This document shows positions 21,048 to 34,194 of a stretch of DNA of 64,000 bases, one piece after another. The DNA comes from Macrostomum hystrix (Eukaryota; Animalia; Platyhelminthes). A program made the translations under genes and the position numbers. Location: contig CATNEN010000032.1 of the NCBI GenBank assembly GCA_950097015.1, forward strand, positions 2,232,001 to 2,296,000, written 5' to 3'. Each line of letters starts with the position of its first letter. Position 1 is the stretch's first letter. A model generated the notes under the pieces. The model worked only from the letters and a program-made list of their open reading frames with translations, did no database searches and had not been told where the DNA came from.

Positions 21048-23091
21048 ATTGAAACGTGCGAAAGTACTTTACTGAATGATTTTTTCTGCTAAGCTAGCTT
21101 AAAAATACCAAATGCTTAAAAGCTTTTTTCTGTCAAAGGCACGAAATTTTTGCCCATAGAATAAAGTCGAAGACCTGTAGCTCCAAATATTTGAAGGACA
21201 CTTGCATCAGGCATTTATGCCTCACTGAAAGGCACTCACTGCTCGGTTTTGTCAAAAACTTCTCGGCCAGTCTCAGCAAGGCATCGAACAAAAATGCGCG
21301 AGTGCATTTCAATCCACCTCGGCCAGGCAGGTGTACAGATCGGAAACGCCTGCTGGGAGCTCTTCTGTCTTGAGCATGGAATTCAGGCGGACGGTATGAC
21401 AATTTCTGGCAAAGGCTTGTGCGACGATTCTCAGTCGCCATTCTTTACGGAGACTTTGTCTGGGCAGTACGTGCCTCGCGCGGTGTTCGTAGACCTCGAG
21501 CCGACTGTGATTGACGAAGTTCGCTGTGGAACCTACAGGCAGCTGTTCCACCCGCAGCAGCTCATCTCTGGCAAGGAGGATGCGGCCAACAACTATGCGC
21601 GCGGCCACTATACAGTCGGCAAAGATCTGATTGGCAATGTTCGAGATGTCATCAGCCGTGTGGCGGAGAACTGCTCTGGCCTGCAGGGCTTCCTCGTCTA
21701 TCACTCGTTCGGCGGAGGCAGCGGCTCGGGATTCACCTCCTTGCTGATGGACCGGCTATCGTCGGATTTCGGCAAGAAATCCAAGCTTCAGTTCGCCGTC
21801 TACCCGGCGCCTCAGGTGTCCACCGCAGTAGTGGAGCCGTTCAATGCCATCTTGTGCACCCACGGAACACTCCAGCATGCGGATTGCGGCATGATCGTAG
21901 ACAATGAGGCACTCTACGATATCTGCAGGAGATATTTGGACATCGGGAGGCCGACTTACACGAATTTGAACCGACTAATCGCCCAAGTTGTGTCGTCAAT
22001 TACCGCTTCGCTTCGGTTTGATGGCCCTTTAAACGTGGACTTAACTGAGTTCCAAACAAATCTTGTTCCTTATCCGAAGATTCACTTTCCTCTTGTCACT
22101 TATTCGCCTATCATTTCAACGGAAAAGGCAAATCACGAACAACTGAGCGTCAAAGAAATCACAAACGACTGCTTTGAGACCAGCAACCAGATGGTAAAGT
22201 GCGACCCTCGGCACGGCAAGTACATGTCCTGCTGCCTGCTTTACCGCGGCGATGTCTCATCGAAGGACATCAACGACGCAGTCCAAAAGATCAAGAACAA
22301 ACGCGAGATTCAGTTTGTCGACTGGTGCCCGACGGGTTTCAAGGTGGGCATCAACTACCAGCCGCCTACCACAATACCTGGGGGAGACCTAGCCAAGACC
22401 CAGCGGGCAGTCTGCATGCTGAGCAACACCACAGCCATTGCGGAGGCCTGGGACCGACTGACATACAAGTTTGACCTGCTGTACTCCAAGCGAGCATTCG
22501 TGCACTGGTACGTCGGTGAAGGCATGGAGGAAGGAGAGTTCGCCGAAGCTCGTGAAAACCTAGCAGCCATGCAAAAGGACTATGAAGAAGTCGGAGTGGA
22601 CAGTGTCGAAGGCGAAGAAGAGGAAATCGAGGAGTTGGATAAGGATGCGAACGAATGAAGCAAAACTTTGGTTACTTTTTTGCGTAAATTTTGCGTAAGC
22701 TACCGGTATGTCTTGAATTGTATTATGCCTTGTGCATTTCATTACCTCTTTTTTGCAAATCTAGCGGCTAAGTCACCATTTAAATCTGTATTGCGGCACT
22801 CAGACCAGTGGGTGCTGAGGTTTCGTTGCAACTAAGCATCGAAATTCCAGTACCCATTGGGTCGTGTTGGTTTATCTTACTTCGCCGAACCAAATGCATT
22901 TGTGGTATTGTTCATTTTAACTATGCATTTTTCTTAAAAAATAAACGCAGTACGTTCTTTTATTTTGCTTATGGTAACAATTTAAGCGATTTAAAATCGA
23001 TATCTGTGATTTCATTTTCTCTTATTCTTGTTTTTTATCAGAAAAAATCCTACTGATATTGATAACCAGGCCTCAGTACACAGACTGGCAC
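21048..23091 (+). repeat. Segmental duplication of 2419-4503 (tubulin, its flanks and the lectin 3' end)
   Basis: Identity starts at attgaaacgtgcgaaagtac (2419 / 21048). It is near-perfect to ~4270 / 22900, then looser up to the lectin stop codon. Confidence 0.95.
21294..22658 (+). CDS. tubA: Alpha-tubulin, divergent intronless isotype, copy 2 (454 aa)
   Basis: Same motifs as copy 1. About 12 nucleotide differences were seen by eye, giving 7 amino-acid changes. Confidence 0.97.
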   Translation: MRECISIHLGQAGVQIGNACWELFCLEHGIQADGMTISGKGLCDDSQSPFFTETLSGQYVPRAVFVDLEPTVIDEVRCGTYRQLFHPQQLISGKEDAANNYARGHYTVGKDLIGNVRDVISRVAENCSGLQGFLVYHSFGGGSGSGFTSLLMDRLSSDFGKKSKLQFAVYPAPQVSTAVVEPFNAILCTHGTLQHADCGMIVDNEALYDICRRYLDIGRPTYTNLNRLIAQVVSSITASLRFDGPLNVDLTEFQTNLVPYPKIHFPLVTYSPIISTEKANHEQLSVKEITNDCFETSNQMVKCDPRHGKYMSCCLLYRGDVSSKDINDAVQKIKNKREIQFVDWCPTGFKVGINYQPPTTIPGGDLAKTQRAVCMLSNTTAIAEAWDRLTYKFDLLYSKRAFVHWYVGEGMEEGEFAEARENLAAMQKDYEEVGVDSVEGEEEEIEELDKDANE

Positions 23092-23840
23092 TCGCAGATG
23101 AACTGTTGGATATTGTTGCAGTCAATGTCATCGATTCCCCCATCTGAGAAGCCGCCCCACAGATTAGCGCAGACAGTAGGACTGCCTCCGTTGGGTTCGC
23201 CGGCGTGCCAGACGTTGGGGTCGATCTGCCGGTCGCAGGCGGTCCAAAACCAGTTGGCCTTGATGACCGGATCCGTGCCGATTTTCAGGTAGCCGCCGAT
23301 GTAAAAGTTCTGAGTCGGTGCAGGTGCAGTCTGCTGCTTCAGGTAGCGAAGGTACAGGGCTTCATCGAGATCACCTGCATCCGAAAACTTGGCCAGTCCC
23401 GGATCAGAACTGCAGGCCAGGTTGGCAGTGGTCCAGTTCGGAGCTGGGGAAGTCACGACCTTGTATGAGGTGCCGTACCTGGTGTGCTGGTATCCAGGTG
23501 GACACAGACGACCCGGAGGCACTCCAGGCAGAGACCTCACGTACACAGTGACCTGATTGGTGCAGCTCAGCTCAGACTGCACTCGGTGACTGCACGCATC
23601 GAACAGGAACAGCTTGCACTCACATGAGCTGCTTGACAGCAGCCTGAAGGCCTGGCACTTTTCCGTTTTAGAACAGTGAGCACCGCACTCCAATACAGTG
23701 CATACCCCTGCAACGATTTGAAAGAATTTTGAGTCCACGCAGTCCACTCCAGAGGCTTTGTGGAAAGCGGCAGAGTTGTCGGGCGCAGTGAGAACAGCTG
23801 GCACCAACAGCAGCAGCAGCAGCAGAGCACACAGGTGCAT
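23073..23840 (-). CDS. Secreted C-type lectin: signal peptide, Cys-rich PAN/apple-like domain, CTLD with EPN motif
   Basis: MHLCALLLLLLLVPAVLTA signal; CTVLECGAHC..C.AF...C.L; WTTANLAC, FYIGG, W..GEPN, C..LW, IDDIDC...FICE. An in-frame upstream ATG at 23918 is not conserved as open in the paralog. Confidence 0.92.
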   Translation of the reverse strand: MHLCALLLLLLLVPAVLTAPDNSAAFHKASGVDCVDSKFFQIVAGVCTVLECGAHCSKTEKCQAFRLLSSSSCECKLFLFDACSHRVQSELSCTNQVTVYVRSLPGVPPGRLCPPGYQHTRYGTSYKVVTSPAPNWTTANLACSSDPGLAKFSDAGDLDEALYLRYLKQQTAPAPTQNFYIGGYLKIGTDPVIKANWFWTACDRQIDPNVWHAGEPNGGSPTVCANLWGGFSDGGIDDIDCNNIQQFICECQSVY

Positions 23841-24159
23841 CTGAGGTGATTTACTTGATGAAATGTTAAATTTTTGCACTGTTTCAACGCTCACCAACAC
23901 TGGGCATGCAAACTGCATTTAGACCGGTGCTTTAACAGACCAGATTCAGTATCGGCCGGAACTTTCTAAATCGGCACAGGCAAAACTATCGCAGCTTATG
24001 CTGTCAGAAGTATTGACTGTCATCTGGAAAGACATTTCGTCTCAGTTAAATGATAGCGCACATCCGATTCCATTTCATGCTTTCTGATTATTAGCTTGTT
24101 TGCATGACCAGCAGCTGAGCAAAAGCCTAAATGCTATTTGCTTTACACTGGAGTCCCTT

Positions 24160-24525
24160 TCTCATCCCTCCCCTGTCTCACCCTCCCTGTCTCACCCCTC
24201 CCCTGTGTCCCTCCTTCTCTGTCTCACGCCTTCCCTGTCTCACTCCTTCCCTGTCTAACTCCTTCCCTGTCTCACTCCTTCCCTGTCTAACTCCTTCCCT
24301 GTCTCACTCCTTCCCTGTCTCACTCCTTCCCTGTCTCACTCCTTCCCTGTCTCACTCCTTCCCTGTCTCACCCCTCTCTGTCTCACCCCTCCCCTGTGTC
24401 CCTCCTTCTCTGTCTCACCCCTTCCCTGTCTCACTCCTTCCCTGTCTCACTCCTTCCCTGTCTCACTCCTTCCCTGTCTCACTCCTTCCCTGTCTCACTC
24501 CTACCCTGTCTCATCTCATCCCTCA
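24160..24525. repeat. 16-bp CT-rich minisatellite (ctccttccctgtctca)
   Basis: Tandem units are visible directly. Confidence 0.95.
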
Positions 24526-24544
24526 CCCTGTATCCCCTGTCTGT

Positions 24545-25348
24545 AGACAGTGATGGTATTAGATAGCGACGGGATTAGACAGTGATGGTATTAGATAGTG
24601 ACGGGATTAGACAGTGATGGTATTAGACAGTGATGGTATTAGATAGTGACGGGATTAGACAGTGATGGTATTAGATAGTGACGGGATTAGACAGTGATGG
24701 TATTAGACAGTGATGGTATTAGATAGTGACGGGATTAGACAGTGGCGGGATTAGACAGTGATGGTATTAGACAGTGATGGTATTTGATAGTTACGGGATT
24801 AGACAGTGATGGGATTAGACAGTGGCGGGATTAGACAGTGATGCTATTAGACAGTGATGGTATTAGACAGTGATGGTATTAGACAGTGATGGTATTAGAT
24901 AGTGACGGGATTAGACAGTGGCGGGATTAGACAGTGATGGTATTAGACAGTGATGGTATTTGATAGTGACGGGATTAGACAGTGGCGGGATTAGACAGTG
25001 ATGGTATTAGACAGTGATGGTATTTGATAGTGACGGGATTAGACAGTGGCGGGATTAGACAGTGATGGTATTAGACAGTGATGGTATTTGATAGTGACGG
25101 GATTAGACAGTGGCGGGATTAGACAGTGATGGTATTAGACAGTGATGGTATTAGATAGTGACGGGATTAGACAGTGGCGGGATTAGACAGTGACGGGATT
25201 AGACAGTGATGAGATTAGACAGTGATGAGATTAGACAGTGATGGTATTAGATAGTGACGGGATTAGACAGTGATGGTATTAGACAGTGATGGTATTAGAC
25301 AGTGATGGTATTAGACAGTGATGAGATTAGACAGTGATGAGATTAGAC
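24545..25348. repeat. 16-bp minisatellite (attagacagtgatggt / attagatagtgacggg variants)
   Basis: About 50 tandem units. Confidence 0.95.
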
Positions 25349-26138
25349 ACCGGTGGAGTTGGATTGCTTGGTCAAGACATAAAATTATGAATACTGTATG
25401 GCAAAGCCACCATTTAATAGTCTATGCAGTACAAAGATAAAAGCCAGCTCAGATGCGGTGAAGGCGTTCGTGTTAACTAATTGCTTTGGCATCTGCAAAT
25501 GCTAAGCAAATTTGAGTAGCCTATTCTACTGTAGCAGACCTCTCAGATCTCTCTCTATTTGTTGGATTTGGGATTGGTGAGCTGAGTATCTGGGGGATGG
25601 TAGCGTAAGTTATGAGGGTGAGAATAGGTATTTTCCACGCAGTTCGGGCTATACCTAAGTTAGCGCAAATGCCCGAGCGGCAAGACACTAGCTACTAACA
25701 ATGGGAGAGGAATTTACTGCTGCTGGCACGAGGGCTAAGGTCACTGATCTGGGGCACACAGTCCGTGGGGCGTATCAGGATGGATCAAAGTTGCCTTGTG
25801 AACGTCCTTCGCACTTACTTTCCTCCACGTGGTCCGAAATTAGTACAGTTTCATTCGGGGGAAAAGGGGTTTGGGACTTCAGGGGGGTATTTAAGGAGCC
25901 TTAGGTGGACTTCGGGTAGACTTCAGGTGAACTTTTAGATTGGAATTAAGGGCGGTATATTGGGGTTTCAAAGGGGTCATATAATAGGGTGGATTTGGGT
26001 GAAGAAGGCCGATGAGAGATCTTTGGGAGAGGATTGGGAAGGTAAAGGGATCTATCTGTTTACTCCTATTAGGAAATAACTAAGGAACTCGGTTTATTTA
26101 ATAGCGAAACAGGGAAAGAGGTAGGAGGTGGAATCGCT

Positions 26139-29100
26139 TGTTCTCTTCAGCGAGAAAGACATAAGAGTTTTTAAAAAAGGTCTTTGATCTCTCTTTCTTT
26201 ATCTTTGGCTCCCGTCTGGGCCACAATATATTTTTCTTAGCTGAGCGAGCCGGACGATGAAAAATACTCAAACCAAAAAAACCCTTCACAAAAACTCATA
26301 CGCGCACACAGAAAACTCTTATAACAATGCCAGTCGCGGAGTGGGGCGGACGGACAAGGGGGTAAGAAAAACCACGCACGAAACATCAACCCCTCGCCAA
26401 ACACTGGCCTACACCTCTCATCACAACATCCCCCCCTTCCTGACAGGACATGTCAGTCACAAAGACAAGCAACAGGAAAACCGCCGGAAGAGAAGGGGTG
26501 CAAAAACAGAAACAAACTATAACTTTACCCACCACCACGAAAAAAGAAAAACGCGAAAATGACAAAACAATGCGCGAGAACACGAAATATGTTGTACTGA
26601 ACGTTACGCAATCGACCCCAAAAAACAGGAAAACAAACAAAAGAAGAATGAAAATCAAAGGAATGAAAATTCGAACCAACCAAAATGTTGTTGCACTAAG
26701 AGCAGGCGATAGCGTCGCAAAGCCACTCCACGAGTAATAGACACAAAGGCTCGTCGTAAAGTGTCAGTGGAAGCGAAATTTAGAAAACTACGTCTTGCAA
26801 ACTTGGTGATTAATTTGAAGTTATTATGAAAAAGGTGAATCAAACAAATCTCAAACTTTATGGCAAAAGTAGACCAAATAACTTAATATGAAAAAAACTA
26901 ACATCGCTATCCAAGCCGAAAGTCGACATCAATTGTCAAAAGCAAAACTACGGTCTAACTGACCTACGCACGCAATCATTACCCCTCAATGAGGCATAAC
27001 TTGCTCACAGGCCGCACAAGCTGTGTTTCACCAACTTGGACCTGGGCAACCCGGACTCGGCCGTCTCGTCCCGGGTAGACTCGCAGTACTCGCCCCAGTG
27101 GCCAGTGTCCACGGGGTGTGTCTGCTTTTACAACAAGCACGACATCGTCGAGCCGCACATCGCGTTGTGGTGCCATCCACTTAGTTCGCGGTTGGAGTCC
27201 CGGCAGCCACTCGCGCATCCAGCGTCGCCAAACGTGTCGCACCAGCTCTTGGACGCGCCGCCAACGCCGCCTCGGATCAACTGCGACGTCGCTTGGAACT
27301 TCAGGTGCAAACTGGCCGCCCGCTTGTCCGATCAGAAAGTGGTTTGGCGTCAGAGGCTCCTCGTCTCTAGGGTTGGCCGATTGATAGGTGATTGGGCGCG
27401 AGTTGATCAGCGCCTCGGCTCCGGTGATGGCTGACTGCAGTTCTTCATCGTTGACATCAGCGTTGCCCAGGATCGCGTGCAGCGCCCGCTTCGCCGCACG
27501 AATCATCACTTCGTGTGCGCCGCCAAAATGCGGCGCTGCCGGTGGCTGGAATCGCCAACTGATGTGATGACGCACAGTCTCGCGGCTGACTCTCGCCTTG
27601 TCCAGCTCTTCAAGCAGCCGCAGCTCTTCTGCACCTTTGACAAAGTTGCCACCATTGTCCGAATGCACAGTCTTGGGCAAGCCTCGCCGGTTCACCATTC
27701 GATAGAATGCATTTAAGAATGCGTCCGCGTCAAGACTGTATGTCATTTCAAGATGAACCGCGCGAGTCTCTAGACAGGTAAACAGAGCCAAGTAACGCTT
27801 CTGCCTCTTTTTGAATCGTCCTTGAACGGTGATGAAGGGCCCGCCCATGTCGACGGCTACGTTCGTGAAGGCCTTCAAGGAGCCTTCCAGCCGTGCATCA
27901 GGCAACGGGGCCATCTGTTGCGAAATGGGACGGGCCTTTTCTCTTCTACAAGCAGCACATTCCACTTCCCATTCACGGATGGCTTCCCTGGCACTAATGA
28001 CCCAAAACTTTGCTGAAAGTGCAGCCAGCACTTGATTGGTACCGCCATGACGCTGATCCTCATGATGCTGCTTAATGATGAGCTTAGTCAGCCAATGCTT
28101 CCTTGGCAAGCTGGCCGGGTGCCTAGCAGCAAACGGTAACTGTTGCCTGAACTTCAAGCGACCGTCCACTCGTAGGATCCCTGTTGCGTCGACAATAGGT
28201 TGCAAGCAGGTCAGCCTCTTGTCACTCAACGCATCAGCCTTGAACTCTTCCTTCTGAGCCATTCTAATCAACCGCTCTTCTACTTCATTCAGCTCATCCA
28301 CAGAGAGGTCTCCACCGCTGCGGTGCCCCTGGGTCTTCTGGCAGTTACGGATGAACCGCAGGACCCAAGCCGTGATGCGTTGTAGTCTGTAAAAACTGGA
28401 GAATCGGTCCGGCTTAAGCCGCCAGTCTGCCTCATCGGTCAACTCTGCAGAAGCCACAAACACAGCGTGGGCTTGATGCTCCTGGTCGCTGGCTGATTCT
28501 ATTCGTCGAGTGCTCATCTCCGGCATTTCTGGAGCTATTGGGATCGGTGTCTCCGGCCAACTGTTTGAGTCTAGCATCAAGAACGCCGGTCCGCACCACC
28601 AAAGCTCGCCTTCTATCAACTCTTGCACTCTGCAGCCGCGCGACGCCACATCCGCTGGGTTCAAACCCGTCGGCACATACCGCCATTGTCTAGGACGCAC
28701 CTGCTGCTGGATGAAAGCGACGCGGTTCGCCACGAACGGCTTAAATGATCGGCTCTGCCTACGAATCCACCACAAGACATTGTGGCTGTCACTCCAAAAC
28801 ACTCCAGTCTCCAGTCCAACCTCCAATGCTTCAGCCACTGCTCTCGCTAACCGCAGTCCTAAGACCGCCGCCATCAGTTCCAGTCGCGGAATGCTAACTG
28901 CCTGCAGGGGTGCCACCTTCGCCTTTGCTGCCACAAATCGGACCGAAACATCCATCGCGCTTACACTTCGCAGATAAACAACGGCACCGTAGGCCTCCTG
29001 AGACGCGTCCACGAACGTGTGCAATTCTGTTGAACCATTTTCAGGTCGAAGACAGCGGGGCACGGATATTTCTCCAGCCTTTGACAATTGCCTCGTCCAC

Positions 29101-32100
29101 ATTGATGCTTGCTCGGCCAACTCTGGTTCCAACGCTTCATCCCAGCCGACGCCTTGCTGCCACGCCAGCTGCAACATTAGCTTCCCTTTAATCACCACCG
29201 GGGCAAGGAAGCCGCAGGGATCGAACACTTCGGCGACCCGCCGCAGAAGCAGCCTCTTTGTCATTGTCTGGTTGACAATGCTCGCCTCGCTGATTGAGAC
29301 TCCTAGAACATCCTCCTTGGCATTCCAATTCACTCCGAGCGCCTTCGTGGTGCGAGCCTCGCCCTTCAACAGCAACTCTGCACGTTCAGCGCGATCTTCT
29401 AACGGAATCTGACGGAGCACTTCGGCCGAGTTTGACATCCACTTGCAAGCACGCATGCCGGCCTTGCTCCAGAGTTCCACCAGTTGTTCGTACAGCTTCA
29501 CCGCTTGACCAACATCCGCCACGGAATCGAGACTATCATCCATATAAGTAGAGCTAAGCACGGTGGCAGTCGCTAGCGGTAGTTGCTCCTGATGGTCTCT
29601 CGCATTCTCCTGTGCCACAAATTGAGCCAAAAACGGCGAGCAGTTGACTCCGAACACGACACTGCAGAACTCGTATCGCTTTGGATCTTTTTTCAAGTCC
29701 AACTCTCGCCAAAGGAAGCGAAAGAATCTCCTGTCGGCAGGCGCAAGTCGAACTCTAAGGAACATTTCTTCAATGTCACAGGCTAGTGCGATGGGATGCT
29801 TTCGGAACCTGAGGAGCACCTTCAACAGGTCCTGCTGCAACTTCGGTCCAGGGTGAATGGTGTCATTCAGACAGACTCCTCCGCATCGCGCAGATGCATC
29901 GAAAACAATTCGCACCTTTGTTGTTTCCTTGTCAACTCGAACAACAGCAAAGTGCGGCAAAACCACTCACTCGACGGATGTTGTTCGTTGCTATCAACCT
30001 CACGAATGTAACCCTTAGCCAGATGTTTGTCAATGACGGACTGATACGACTTGGCCAGTTCTTGATCCTTCAAAAGGCGTTTCTCAGTGCTCATCAGGCG
30101 CTGCTCTGCGGCTTGTCTATTCCTCGGTAGGTCTTCAGGGTTTGTCTTCCAGGGGATGGACACCTGGAAACGGCCTCCCTCCACCTTCAAGGTCGCGCGT
30201 GTCATCTCGACAACTTTCTGCTCTTCGGTTGTCATTCTGGCCTGGACTCCGCCTTCTGGAACCTCGTCAACCTCCCAGAGCTTCCGTATCAGGGACGAAG
30301 CCTCACTCTCCGCTGCCAACGCAAAGAACGCCTGCTGGTGCGCCTCTCCGATTGTTTCGACTCGATCTACTGGCCCCACACAGGTCCATCCGATTGGCGT
30401 CAGTCTGGCAATTGGCTCTCCAGGTTGGCCACCTACCTCCCGACAGGCAAAGTGTAGATCCGCATGGTCAACGCCGATCAGCATGTCGATCGTCTGCTTC
30501 CCCTCGATTTTGTCAAAGGGCACCCCGCGCAGGTGGGCCCAGCGTTTCGAAAGCAGACTCCAATCTACCGCTTGCATCCCGCCCGTCACCTTTTCAGTCG
30601 TGTGCGCCGTCACTCTTGTTCGGAAGGCTCCGTCTAGGCTGCGAATGTCAACTTCAACCGGAATCGTCTGAAAGGTGCTCACTTGTCCATTCAGAACCTT
30701 AACAGTCATGGATTCGAACTTGCCGTCAAGACCGAGTTCCGCTGCTACATCCGTACCTTCGTGGTGGTACGCTGCTGACTTCACCTGCACTCGTGGGTGC
30801 AGCAGTCGATGATGCTTCGCCTTGCACCCCTCTACATTGCAGAATGCCACTCGCTTGCACTCTCCTAGGCGATGGTTAGCTCCTAAACAGCAGAAGCACA
30901 GTCGCTTGTCTCGGACAGCCGCCCACCTAGCTTCTGGCTCCATTCGTTGAAACCTCGAGCAAGCCCACACACCATGTGGTGCTCCACAGAAGCTACAGCC
31001 TTTGCGCTCCACCACTCGCTCACCACTCTGGCTACTCAAACTTTCCAGTTTTCCGAAATGCGTTCGCGCTGCGGGCTCTCCTCGATACACACTCAGTCGC
31101 ACCTTTGCTCCACTGTCCCTCCCTACATCGCCTGATGAAGCCACGCCTCTCACGGCCTCACACGCCACCGTCAGATACTCCGCTTCCTTCAGAAGCCATT
31201 GATGCAGCACAATGAGTGAGTCTTCGCGCCTAGATTCTCCTACCCACCGATGAAAACGAGTCAATGTTTCTGCTGGCAGCTTCTTCTGAACTCTTAAGTA
31301 CATCAGTCCGTTGTTGTTCAATTCACTCTCTCGCCCTGCCGCCCTCAGATTAACTACCGTCACATCCAGTAAATCTGCAAGTTTCTTTAGTTGCACCGCG
31401 TTCTCTGACTGAATTGGTCGGAAGTTGTCTAAATCTTCCAGTGCGAGCATCAACCTGCGCCGCTCCCCGCCGTACTCTCGCTCAAGCCGTTCAAGCGCCG
31501 CTCTGTACGCGAATTCTGAGTAGCCTAGATTGGCTATAAGTCTTAAGGCCTCACCCTGCAGTGACTGGCGCAATTGCAATAGTTTGTAAGCATTAGAGGA
31601 GGGTGCCGCGTCAACACAGGCATAAAATGCGGCTCTCCAACCCTCATACTGCCTTTTGTCTCCGCTAAACACTGGAATGGCCACTCGCTGTAGCTGCCGC
31701 CACATATCTTGCCCTACGGCCTCAGCCGGCCCTTGACTGTACATTCCAGTCCGTTGGTATGATTGGCCAGCCTGCCACTCCATTTGAGGTTGGTGTTCAA
31801 CCCTCTCAGCGCCTATTGCAGACTTCCACCCACTCACTTTGTCTCCACGGACATTGTACACTTCTCCGGTTTGAGTAGGCTGCTTCACGGCACTCTCGCT
31901 AGGCCTGATTCCCTTGCCTCCAACTCTCGACTCAAAATCTGCTCTTCTAGCTGCGCTGACATCAACATTATTGCTGTTCTCCGACCAATCGGCTCCAATC
32001 GCAAGGCTCTGTTCATTAGCAACCATTGCCAGTCTTTCCATCTCATTCTCCATCTCCCGAAGTCTAGCTTCATAGTCTTCTTTCATCCTTCGCTGACGTT

Positions 32101-32870
32101 CTCCTATTTCCGCCCTCCGACTCAGTGCCGCTTCCACCTCCTTCCGCCGCATCCCTCTCTCTTCATAATTCACACACTCTGATCCAGTTTGCCACGTCTT
32201 CTTTCTCAAATCAGCAATCAAGCTCACTACCTCACCAAACTCGCTTTCTAGTGTCTCCAGCTCCTTGATCGTACGTCGGCGTAGCGGCAGATTGTCTTCG
32301 GCGAGTTCCAGCAGCTTCTCCAACTCCGCAGTGGCACTCTCGAAAAGCTTCTCCAGCAGAATCATTTGTTGTTGTACTTCGGCGATCTCCTGGCGTCCGA
32401 TGGCGATCTGCTGCACCAATTGATTTCTCGCCTTGGTAAAGGCAGTCTTGGCTTTCGTCTTAGCGGCCTTCACGACCATAATTTGCTCCTCCTGAGCATC
32501 GACCTCGTCCTCCTGCTTGTCCACGTCGTTTCCGTCTCTAGACATTGTTGGTTGTTTAACCACGCTCTGCTACCAGTTTATGTTCTCTTCAGCGAGAAAG
32601 ACATAAGAGTTTTTAAAAAAGGTCTTTGATCTCTCTTTCTTTATCTTTGGCTCCCGTCTGGGCCACAATATATTTTTCTTAGCTGAGCGAGCCGGACGAT
32701 GAAAAATACTCAAACCAAAAAAACCCTTCACAAAAACTCATACGCGCACACAGAAAACTCTTATAACAATGCCAGTCGCGGAGTGGGGCGGACGGACAAG
32801 GGGGTAAGAAAAACCACGCACGAAACATCAACCCCTCGCCAAACACTGGCCTACACCTCTCATCACAACA
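26139..32870 (-). mobile_element. BEL/Pao LTR retrotransposon, 6732 bp, young but defective
   Basis: Identical 290-bp LTRs (26139-26428, 32581-32870). 5-bp TSD TCGCT (26134-26138, 32871-32875). PBS TGGTAGCAGAGCGTGGTT (32575-32558) is initiator tRNA-Met-like. PPT GGAAGGGGGGGA (26440-26429). Confidence 0.98.
26979..32545 (-). pseudogene. BEL/Pao Gag-Pol with a 1-nt frameshift at ~29962 and an apparent deletion of the protease active site
   Basis: Gag FSGDKRQYEGWRAAF, three Cys/His knuckles, RT (LPHF, RIVFDAS, DIEEMF, FGVNCSPF, YMDD), RNase H (TFVDASQEAYG, SIPRLEL, WSDS), integrase (VDMGGP, SDNGGNF, PHFGGAHE). The W-F-L-P-H motif needs one more T in TGGTTTTG. Confidence 0.92.
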
Positions 32871-33432
32871 TCGCTTATAGTTCGTACAGGTTGTACCGAA
32901 CGTAGAGCAAAACGTAAAGAACGTACCGATCACATTTTATTCTTCTCTGTATATATATACCAAAATTGGGGTGGGTGCACGTCATGCTTGAGTGCGCATA
33001 CAACGAACAAAGAGCGCTGCATGAGGTTACGACAAATAGCTAGCGCGTGAGAAAAGTGGCGGGAATTCAAAATAAGAAAATGTCTTTATTATTCACTGCC
33101 TCACTACTCGTACATGCCTCGTGGCATTTGATTTGGTTGTTTTCAGTGGCTCGCATGATTGCCAGTCTGTAGGGGACATTTCGAGCCTTAATAAAACATG
33201 CGCAGCATTGCAGTATTTCAATGCACACTCGCACACACTTTTCAAGATCTGTCACAGACGACGCTATTAAATAGACAACTCAATTTTTCAACAGAAAACG
33301 CAAAAATTATCTGATAGTCGGCGCCGACGTCAGCCAGGTCCCATAGCCAGGCCGCTGCAGGAAACACAATAATTTAATGTCCTGGGCGGTCATCGAGCAA
33401 ACTCGTACATTTGATTCTCATCTCTAGGCATG

Positions 33433-34194
33433 TCAGAACACTGGCTGGCACTCGCAGATAAACGGCTGGTTGGGATAGCAATAATAGTCGTCGATTCCCC
33501 CGTCTGCGTAGCCGCTCCACAGGCCAGCGCAGTTCGTGTTTCCGCCTCCGTTGGGTTCGCCGGCGTGCCAGACGTTGGGGTCGATCTGCCGGTCGCAGGC
33601 GGTCCAGAACCAGTTGGCCTTGATGACCGGATCCGTGCCGATTTTCAGGTAGCCGCCGATGTAAAAGTTCTGAGTCGGTGCAGTCTGCTGCTTCAGGTAG
33701 CGAAGGTACAGGGCTTCATCGAGATCACCTGCATCCGAAAACTTGGCCAGTCCCGGATCAGAACTGCAGGCCAGGTTGGCAGTGGTCCAGTTCGGAGCTG
33801 GGGAAGTCACGACCTTGTATGAGGTGCCGTACCTGGTGTGCTGGTATCCAGGTGGACACAGACGACCCGGAGGCACTCCAGGCAGAGACCTCACGTACAC
33901 AGTGACCTGATTGGTGCAGCTCAGCTCAGACTGCACTCGGTGACTGCACGCATCGAACAGGAACAGCTTGCACTCACATGAGCTGCTTGACAGCAGCCTG
34001 AAGGCCTGGCACTTTTCCGTTTTAGAACAGTGAGCACCGCACTCCAATACAGTGCATACCCCTGCAACGATTTGAAAGAATTTTGAGTCCACGCAGTCCA
34101 CTCCAGAGGCTTTGTGGAAAGCGGCAGAGTTGTCGGGCGCAGTGAGAACAGCTGGCACCAACAGCAGCAGCAGCAGCAGAGCACACAGGTGCAT
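33433..34194 (-). CDS. Secreted C-type lectin, paralog with a different C-terminal ligand-binding region
   Basis: Protein is identical to 23073-23840 up to EPNGG apart from a 2-aa indel. The last 36 aa differ at 15 positions. Shared 5' flank runs to 34300 / 23945. Confidence 0.93.
   Translation of the reverse strand: MHLCALLLLLLLVPAVLTAPDNSAAFHKASGVDCVDSKFFQIVAGVCTVLECGAHCSKTEKCQAFRLLSSSSCECKLFLFDACSHRVQSELSCTNQVTVYVRSLPGVPPGRLCPPGYQHTRYGTSYKVVTSPAPNWTTANLACSSDPGLAKFSDAGDLDEALYLRYLKQQTAPTQNFYIGGYLKIGTDPVIKANWFWTACDRQIDPNVWHAGEPNGGGNTNCAGLWSGYADGGIDDYYCYPNQPFICECQPVF

Noticed and set aside
29940-29990. Programmed ribosomal frameshift in the BEL element
   Set aside because: It falls at the conserved WxLPH motif at the start of RT with no slippery heptamer, and BEL elements normally have one ORF. 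A 1-nt homopolymer loss explains it.
23073-33560. Diversity-generating retroelement (variable C-terminal lectin fold near reverse transcriptases)
   Set aside because: The differences are not adenine-specific and include synonymous changes. There is no invariant template repeat, and the nearby RTs are ordinary LTR/LINE enzymes.
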